From contig CAZSKX010000001.1 in NCBI GenBank assembly GCA_964607655.1, positions 232,939 through 296,938 on the forward strand: a stretch of DNA of 64,000 nucleotides. Direction: 5' to 3'. A model generated the notes under the pieces. The model searched no databases. It was given only the letters and a program-made list of their open reading frames with translations, and was not told the origin of the DNA. Positions 57,737 through 64,000 of the stretch are shown here, one piece after another; position 1 is the stretch's first letter; each line of letters opens with the position of its first letter. The stretch comes from an uncultured Candidatus Saccharibacteria bacterium (GTDB lineage Bacteria > Patescibacteriota > Minisyncoccia > Phycocordibacterales > Phycocordibacteraceae). Position numbers and translations under genes: made by a program.

Positions 57737-59514
57737 AGATGTCTCGCAGTCCATTCGGTTTTCATCAAGGCTCTGCTCTTCTGAAGCTCGCGAGTTTCTA
57801 CCCGCGACTTCTCGACGTGCTGCTCGAAGAGGTGCAGAACTGCATCGACAAGGGCGCACGGGCAGTGCATCTGACCATCAACCAGAAAACCCGCAACGTC
57901 GCGATCCGCGATGACGGTGACGGCGTGAGCCAGCACGAGTTCGAGCAGGCGCTCACGAGCATCTCCAAGACGATGAAAGATCGTAAAAAGGGAAAGCTCG
58001 GGCGCTTCGGCCTCGGACTCATCTCGCCACTCGGCAAGTGCGAACGCTTCGTCTTCACCTCGACGTCGAAGCGCGATCCACGTGCCTACCTCGAGTGGAC
58101 CTTCGTCACGAAGGACCTCGAGGATCAGGAGACCATTCGTGGGATCCCGATGCGGACCCGCCCGGACCTCCTCTTCCGTCGTGGTGAGAACCGAAACGTA
58201 CGCGGCACCACAGCGGTACCGTGGCGCACGGAAGTGCGCATCGAGCGCTACACCAACGATCGGCAGATCAACCGAGTAACCATGGAGTCCTTGCGCGAAG
58301 GCATTCTCGACCGCTTCGGTCCGAGCATGCGTCGCAACCAGGTTGTTGTAACCGTCAAGCTCACCCACGAGAGTGGCGAGAGCTCGACACTCGACATCAA
58401 GGCCAAAGACTTCGAGGGCACGAAGCTCCCGGAGTTCACGGCCGAGGACCGCTCGAGCAAGAGCCGGACCTGGTTCAAGCTCTATCTCGCTCGCAAGACC
58501 GAGAAGGGCCGCAAGGGCAAGGTGCTCGTCGGCGAGGTGGATAACGACTTCCGCTTCGACTTCAGCACCTTCGTGCGCTACCTGGGCGACGACTTCGACC
58601 TCTCGGACGAGGCTGTTGCGGCGCTGAAGTCGGGCGTGTTCGAGGGGGAGATCCTGAGCGACGTGGTGCAGCTGCACGAGAACCGAAAGTCGTTCCTGGC
58701 GAACGAGGCTCTGCTCGCGTTCTGCGCGGCGATCGAGGAGTGGTTCGAGCTTCACGGCAAGAAGCACTTCAAGGAGGCCCAAGAGGAAAAGCAGGAGGAG
58801 CGGTATCAGACCCTCGGCACGCGCTCGATGCGCGTGATCGAGGAGATGCTCAAACTCCCGGCGTTCTCAGGTCTTCTGCAGGCGATCGACTCCTTCAAGA
58901 AGGGTTCGATCGGTCCTGGCCACACCGAGCACAAGGGTGCGACGAGTCCTGACACTTCGCTCGCGGTCCGTGGAAACACGGGTCGCTCGAACGAAGGGCG
59001 CGAGAGCACGGGCGACGGCGAGGGTCGAACCCCGCCGAAGAACGATCTCCCCAAGGACCGGCCGCTCACGGTGGTCGGTCCGCGCGGGGTGAATCGGACG
59101 ATCGTCCGCGGTCACAGCACGGGCCTCCAGCTCGCACACGTGGCGATGCCGGGCAGCCAGAGCCTCTGGGTGCTCGACGAAGTCATGGGCGTGCTGAAGA
59201 TCAACGTGCTGCACCCGCTGTGGCTCCAGTGTGAAGAACACAACGACCGGTCGCTGATGCGCTTTCAGGAGTACCTGATGCTGCAGGCATTGGGTCTCCA
59301 GGCAGCACCGCAGGACTGGGCGCAGTTCGCTCGGCTCGTCTTCGACGAGCTGAACGCACCGTATGCCTTCATGTTGGTGCACGGAGACGCACTCGCTGGC
59401 CGCCTCCCTGGCAGTCGCGCAAAGGGGCCTGTCGAGAAGCAGAAGGTGACGGCTATCGAGCCGAAGCCATCTTCAACTCGACTCACCCTCGCCAAGCGAC
59501 GCGCTCGGGCGTAG
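57733..59514 (+). CDS. GHKL-superfamily ATPase (MORC/Hsp90-like HATPase_c_3 type) with a long uncharacterised C-terminal region
   Basis: N-box LLEEVQNCIDKGA, G1 box IRDDGDGV and G2 box GKLGRFGLGLIS within the first ~110 aa. Total length 593 aa. The antisense 468-aa ORF is an artefact. Confidence 0.65.
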   Translation: MKMSRSPFGFHQGSALLKLASFYPRLLDVLLEEVQNCIDKGARAVHLTINQKTRNVAIRDDGDGVSQHEFEQALTSISKTMKDRKKGKLGRFGLGLISPLGKCERFVFTSTSKRDPRAYLEWTFVTKDLEDQETIRGIPMRTRPDLLFRRGENRNVRGTTAVPWRTEVRIERYTNDRQINRVTMESLREGILDRFGPSMRRNQVVVTVKLTHESGESSTLDIKAKDFEGTKLPEFTAEDRSSKSRTWFKLYLARKTEKGRKGKVLVGEVDNDFRFDFSTFVRYLGDDFDLSDEAVAALKSGVFEGEILSDVVQLHENRKSFLANEALLAFCAAIEEWFELHGKKHFKEAQEEKQEERYQTLGTRSMRVIEEMLKLPAFSGLLQAIDSFKKGSIGPGHTEHKGATSPDTSLAVRGNTGRSNEGRESTGDGEGRTPPKNDLPKDRPLTVVGPRGVNRTIVRGHSTGLQLAHVAMPGSQSLWVLDEVMGVLKINVLHPLWLQCEEHNDRSLMRFQEYLMLQALGLQAAPQDWAQFARLVFDELNAPYAFMLVHGDALAGRLPGSRAKGPVEKQKVTAIEPKPSSTRLTLAKRRARA

Positions 59515-59664
59515 CAATAACGGGTAACTCCTACAACCAAACCCCCGCGGCACACGTAATGCGTGCCGCGGGGGTTCTGTTTTTACAGCGGGACTTATTT
59601 CTTGGCTCCTGAGGAAACACGGGATATGATTACAGGACTCTTAGCGTAGTGGTATATTTCCTCC

Positions 59665-60642
59665 ATGGAAGGATTTCGGCCTAAACCATCAAGCAACGAG
59701 ACCGCCCCTCAGAAGCGACGTTGGCGCGAGATGCTATCGCTCGCCCTCGCTGGCGCGCTCAGCCTTAGCGCTTTTGAAGAGCCGCCCTTCGAGGGTCCAA
59801 ACCAGGTCGAAACATACGCCTCAGACTGGGGCAATCTACGCGAACACACTCCATTTGAGCTACAAACTCTTGAGTCGATCGCCGCAGCGAAGCTGGAAGT
59901 CCCGGGCAATAAATATATTTTCCATATTTCGCAGATGCACGGGGGTGGATCACTTGAGGCGACCAAAGAGGTGTATGAAAAAGAAGGCATACCACTCGAG
60001 CAGCTCATCGAGTGTCAGAAGCAAGTGGCTGAGGTGCTCATCTTCTTGCGCTCCACCTATGGTGTAGAGACTGTGTATCAAGAAGGGCTCTCTCCCGAAG
60101 ACGCTGCCTATGGCGCGAAGCAGCTTGCCCAAGTACAAGAAAATCCCAAAAAGCTTGGGGAGAAAATTTACCAAGACTGGAAGGACGACCAGAGCCGCGA
60201 CATGCCCGGCATCTTTGAAGATTATCGAGCACAAGAACTGATTGTTGGCGCCCAAGCACTTCGCGGCACACCGGAGGGGGATCAAATCGCTCAAGATCCA
60301 CTTATTGCCGGTGATACGAAATATATCTGGGGTGCCACACACATACTCGCCGCTGAAGGCGTCATTACCCTTGCGGGCGCCGAAGACAACGACGCTAGCG
60401 GCAGGGCCATACTAAGTGGCCCCACTCCCGTAGAAGGCATAACCTCTCCTGAAGGTAAAGGGATTCGTGAGGAGGCCGCTCTTAAGCTCATAACTCGCGA
60501 CGAGAAGCTTACTAGAGAAACTCCGGTGGCACTCGTATACGGGACGAACCATGATTTTGCCGACGACGTCCGTAATCACAACATCGATAATAACGCTGAC
60601 GTCGGACTCATACGGATCGATCCTCGCGCCTGCCTGAAATAA
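59665..60642 (+). CDS. hypothetical secreted protein
   Basis: 325 aa. N-terminal hydrophobic signal-like segment. Followed by the terminator at 60641-60677. Confidence 0.4.
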   Translation: MEGFRPKPSSNETAPQKRRWREMLSLALAGALSLSAFEEPPFEGPNQVETYASDWGNLREHTPFELQTLESIAAAKLEVPGNKYIFHISQMHGGGSLEATKEVYEKEGIPLEQLIECQKQVAEVLIFLRSTYGVETVYQEGLSPEDAAYGAKQLAQVQENPKKLGEKIYQDWKDDQSRDMPGIFEDYRAQELIVGAQALRGTPEGDQIAQDPLIAGDTKYIWGATHILAAEGVITLAGAEDNDASGRAILSGPTPVEGITSPEGKGIREEAALKLITRDEKLTRETPVALVYGTNHDFADDVRNHNIDNNADVGLIRIDPRACLK

Positions 60643-60677
60643 CAAAAGCCCCGCTCTTGCGGGGCTTTTGTTATTTC
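60641..60677. terminator. bidirectional rho-independent terminator
   Basis: The hairpin AGCCCCGCTCTTGCGGGGCT is flanked by AACAAA and TTTTGTTATTT. Confidence 0.7.
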
Positions 60678-60855
60678 TTGGCTTCTTTGAAGATGACGTT
60701 TTTGCGCAGCACGGGGTCGAATTTCTTGAGCTCAATCTTACGTTGGACAGCTTTTTTGTTCTTCCGGCTCCACATCGTGTGAGCTGATTCGGTCGACTTA
60801 AGCTTTATAAGGCGGTCTTGTGACATACCGTAGCACTGTACCAGACTGGACCCTG

Positions 60856-63531
60856 TTAGGCAACTTGCGCGGTCCTCGGCTGCGCCTTTGGGACCCGCTT
60901 CCGTACCTCAAAGTAGGGTTCGCCATTTCTGATCGAGACCGTGACCTGCCCTCCCTCCATAAGCCCCTGCGCGAGCATCATAGAGGCTAGCGGGGTGAGG
61001 ATCTTGTCCTGGATCGTGCGGCGGAGCGGTCGAGCGCCAAACTGGGGGTTATATCCCTTCTCGGCGAGCCAGCTGCGTACCTCGGGCTCGATGACAAGCG
61101 CGATTTTCTTTAGTGACAAGCGCTTCATCACCTCCTCAACCTGATTCTCAACAATCCGCGCTAGCGCCTCCTTCGAGAGCACGTCGAAAGTGATGATCTC
61201 ATCGAGACGGTTTAAGAATTCTGGGCGGAAATGTTCCTTAAGGGCGCCCATGACCTTCTCCTTCGTTTCTTCATAGCGACTTGCGTCTGTGGCGTCAGCC
61301 TTACCGAAGCCGATGTGGGCGAGACGATCCATAAACTCGCCGCCGATGTTACTCGTGAGTACGATGATCGTGTTCTTGAAGTTCACCTTACGCCCCTTGC
61401 CGTCCGTCAGGTGACCCGAATCGAGCACCTGCAAGAGGATATTAAAGACTTCGGGGTTCGCCTTCTCGATCTCATCGAAGAGCACGACCGCATACGGGCG
61501 GTGGCGGATACGCTCAGTGAGCGTTCCTGATTCTTCATAGCCGACATAGCCTGGCGGAGCGCCGATAAGCTTGGCGACCGAGTGCTTTTCCATAAACTCG
61601 CTCATGTCTATCCGTACGAGAGCTTCTGGATCGTTGAACATAAACTCAGCCAACTTTTTAGAAAGCTCAGTCTTGCCGACACCGGTAGGACCGAGGAAGA
61701 GGAATGAGCCAATCGGGCGGTTAGGATCGCTGATCCCCACGCGACTCCGCTTCACTGCATCAACCACTTTCTTTACCGCACCGTCTTGGCCGATTACCGC
61801 ACCTTTCAAGACCTCTTCCATGCGGGTGAGCTTCGCAGCCTCTTCTTCGAGCATCTTAGCGACAGGGATGCCGGTCCAGCGAGATACCACGCCGGCAATC
61901 TCATGCTCAGTCACCTCCTCGTGCAGCACGCGGCGCGACTTCTGAAGCGACTTCAGGCGCTTGAGCTTACCCTCCAGATCTTTCTGAATATGTGGGATGC
62001 GGCCATAGCGGATCTCGGCTACCGTGCCAAGGTCCGCCTGCATCTCAGCGTTGTCGGCTTGGACTTTTAATTCCTCGAGATCTGATTTGTTTTTACGGAT
62101 ACCTTCGAGAACCTCCTTTTCGTTCTTCCACTTAAGCTCGAGTTCACTCGTCTTCTCTTTCAAATCAGCGATTTCTTCATCGATAAGCTTGATGCGCTCT
62201 TTAATCTCCTTAGCATGATCACTATCAAGATCTTTCTGGAGTGCCTGACGCTCGATCTCAAGACGGCGGATTTTACGATCGGTCTCTTCAAGTAGTGGCG
62301 GCTTGTTCTCGAGCGCGATACGGAGACCTGACGCAGCTTCGTCGATCAGGTCGATCGCCTTATCGGGCAAGAATCGGTCTGAGATATAGCGCGAGGAAAG
62401 CTCAACTGCAGCAACGATCGCCCCGTCAGTGATCCGCACACCGTGGAAGAGCTCGTACTTATCGCGAAGCCCTCGCAGGATCGCGATGCCGTCTTCTACG
62501 GTTGGCTCTTGCACAAACACGGGCTGGAAGCGACGCGTGAGCGCAGCGTCTTTTTCAATGTGCTTCTGATATTCCTTAAGGGTCGTAGCGCCGATCATAC
62601 GGATTTCGCCACGGCTGAGCGCAGGCTTCAACATGTTTGAAGCATCCAGCGAGCCCTCAGCCCCGCCCGCACCCACCAGCGTGTGGAGCTCGTCGACGAA
62701 GAGAATCACCTTCCCTTCTGCCTTCTCGACCTCTTTCATCACGTTCTTCATGCGCTCTTCGAATTCGCCACGATACTTAGTCCCAGCGATCATGAGGCCG
62801 AGATCGAGCGACAGGAGATCCTTGCCGCGCAGACTCTCTGGCACATCCCCTATCGCCATGCGTGCCGCAAGTCCTTCGGCGATTGCCGTCTTACCCACAC
62901 CAGCCTCGCCGATAAGCACCGGGTTATTCTTCGTACGGCGCGCGAGGATCTGGATGACGCGATTGATCTCGAGATCGCGGCCGATTACCGGATCGAGCTT
63001 GTTCTCAGAGGCGAGCTTGGTTAGGTTACGGGCGTACTTAGACAGTGCGCGGAAACGCTTCGGGCTCTCTCCCTGTCCTTCTTTCGAACTCTTGAGCTCC
63101 TTGAGGACCGCGAGTGCTGCGTTCTGAGTAATGCCAAAACGTGAGAGTATGTCCGCAGCAGTACCCGGATGCTCGATCACCGAGAGAAAAAGATGTTCGG
63201 TGCCGACAAAATTCTCATTCATGCGGGCGGCAATCTTTCCAGACGCTTCAAGCGCTTGAGCGAGATCGGGCGTGAGATATATTTGATACGACGGAGAGAG
63301 AACTGAAGCGGACTCCGGCGTCTCGAGGTGCTCAAGCGCCGCGTCGGTAAACATGAGCGTGTCGATCTCCATTCGCTCGAGCATCGAGAAGACTAGCGAC
63401 TCTTCCTGAAGGATGAGCGCCGCGAGCAAGTGGAGCGAGGAAACGTGGTTTTGACCCCGTTCTATCGCGAGCTCATGAGCCCGGCGAACTGCTTCTTTGG
63501 CTTTGCTGGTGAAGTTATTAAAGGGAGGCAT
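60856..63531 (-). CDS. clpB: ATP-dependent chaperone ClpB
   Basis: 891 aa. Clp N-domain, two AAA+ modules ([15 protein letters not shown]; [16 protein letters not shown]) and a long middle coiled-coil. Confidence 0.95.
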   Translation of the reverse strand: MPPFNNFTSKAKEAVRRAHELAIERGQNHVSSLHLLAALILQEESLVFSMLERMEIDTLMFTDAALEHLETPESASVLSPSYQIYLTPDLAQALEASGKIAARMNENFVGTEHLFLSVIEHPGTAADILSRFGITQNAALAVLKELKSSKEGQGESPKRFRALSKYARNLTKLASENKLDPVIGRDLEINRVIQILARRTKNNPVLIGEAGVGKTAIAEGLAARMAIGDVPESLRGKDLLSLDLGLMIAGTKYRGEFEERMKNVMKEVEKAEGKVILFVDELHTLVGAGGAEGSLDASNMLKPALSRGEIRMIGATTLKEYQKHIEKDAALTRRFQPVFVQEPTVEDGIAILRGLRDKYELFHGVRITDGAIVAAVELSSRYISDRFLPDKAIDLIDEAASGLRIALENKPPLLEETDRKIRRLEIERQALQKDLDSDHAKEIKERIKLIDEEIADLKEKTSELELKWKNEKEVLEGIRKNKSDLEELKVQADNAEMQADLGTVAEIRYGRIPHIQKDLEGKLKRLKSLQKSRRVLHEEVTEHEIAGVVSRWTGIPVAKMLEEEAAKLTRMEEVLKGAVIGQDGAVKKVVDAVKRSRVGISDPNRPIGSFLFLGPTGVGKTELSKKLAEFMFNDPEALVRIDMSEFMEKHSVAKLIGAPPGYVGYEESGTLTERIRHRPYAVVLFDEIEKANPEVFNILLQVLDSGHLTDGKGRKVNFKNTIIVLTSNIGGEFMDRLAHIGFGKADATDASRYEETKEKVMGALKEHFRPEFLNRLDEIITFDVLSKEALARIVENQVEEVMKRLSLKKIALVIEPEVRSWLAEKGYNPQFGARPLRRTIQDKILTPLASMMLAQGLMEGGQVTVSIRNGEPYFEVRKRVPKAQPRTAQVA

Positions 63532-63571
63532 AGGTATCTATTATACGAAATATCCTATAAGTCGCACTAAT

Positions 63572-64000
63572 TTAGTTTGAAGCGGCAGGATTGGGCGAGA
63601 GCAGTTTAGTGATTTCCTCAGCGTTAATAAGCAGGCCCGCTACTCCTCCTGACGGCGTAATACCGATAATATTACCCGCGAGATCGACCACCGTACTCCC
63701 GGCTCCAAGGTCGGGCAGGGTTGTGTGAATGCCGGTGTTGTCTACCTTTGAGACAATACCCGTAACGGCCGCCCCCTGGTTAGAAAGCGCCAGCGCAGTC
63801 TGGCCAAGCTTCAGATCTTTAGCCGGAATAAGCGCCGCCTTAGGAGCCTGAGGGAGAGTCACCTTGTCGGAGAAACCATAGATCACCACACCACCGCCTT
63901 CGCGCCCCTGAGAGGCCGGCATCTCGACGCCATTGGCAAATTGAATAAGCACCTCTTTAGGCAATGCTTCACGCGAAGCTGTTACTACCGCACGTGCTGT
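63572..64000 (-). CDS. trypsin-like serine protease (HtrA/DegP-like), C-terminal part; gene continues beyond window end
   Basis: The reading frame stays open to position 64000 (the track 'start' is a TTG inside the frame). Gly-rich catalytic-domain-like sequence (GGGVVIYGFS...GAGSTVVDLAGNIIGI). Confidence 0.5.
   Translation of the reverse strand, partial: TARAVVTASREALPKEVLIQFANGVEMPASQGREGGGVVIYGFSDKVTLPQAPKAALIPAKDLKLGQTALALSNQGAAVTGIVSKVDNTGIHTTLPDLGAGSTVVDLAGNIIGITPSGGVAGLLINAEEITKLLSPNPAASN

Noticed and set aside
1-64000. CRISPR arrays, rRNA genes
   Set aside because: No arrays of regularly spaced short direct repeats and no rRNA-like sequence were seen. The repeated elements present are the hairpin modules at 34.8-38.1 kb and the internal coding repeats of the giant gene.

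Overview
This 64-kb window comes from a GC-rich, compact bacterial genome. Its gene content (short DnaX, short AtpH and RelA/SpoT, tRNAs without encoded CCA, a GH130 cluster, a giant surface protein) tentatively suggests a small-genome, CPR/Patescibacteria-like lineage. This is an inference from sequence only.

Gene order, left to right:
- 1-4.2 kb: F1Fo ATP synthase operon on the minus strand (atpG partial, atpA, atpH, atpF, atpE, atpB, atpI-like).
- 4.3-7.0 kb: a small membrane protein, pirin, a NUDIX hydrolase and two hypotheticals.
- About 7.1-19.5 kb: a markedly AT-richer (by eye) island next to tRNA-Gln. It carries a ParB-nuclease-domain/DNA-methyltransferase fusion, a terminase-small-subunit-like HTH protein, a PD-(D/E)xK nuclease-like gene plus an unknown partner, an operon of two C5-cytosine methyltransferases and a 1071-aa MmeI-like Type IIG/IIL restriction-modification fusion, and a large serine recombinase.
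- 19.8-34.8 kb: housekeeping genes (metzincin, dnaX, M23 peptidase, dus, ftsQ-like, serS, dprA, EEP nuclease, topA, two small membrane proteins, relA/spoT, parB), ending at tRNA-Leu.
- 34.8-38.8 kb: an unusual, essentially non-coding region densely packed with repeated hairpin/terminator-like modules. An IS110-family (DEDD bridge-recombinase type) element with a strongly structured upstream leader is inserted into it.
- 38.8-46.7 kb: one 2627-aa giant ORF. It has two tandem excisionase-type HTH domains, one TM span, a repetitive Gly/Thr-rich fibre and a phage-tail-spike-like C-terminal self-cleaving chaperone (peptidase S74-like) domain.
- 46.8-64 kb: a peroxiredoxin, miaA, secreted/membrane Cys-rich proteins, tRNA-Trp, two orphan genes, a cupin + three GH130 domains + HAD cluster, an XRE-HTH + GHKL/MORC-like ATPase gene pair, a secreted hypothetical, clpB and a partial HtrA-like protease.

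Many long antisense ORFs in the track are GC-driven artefacts.
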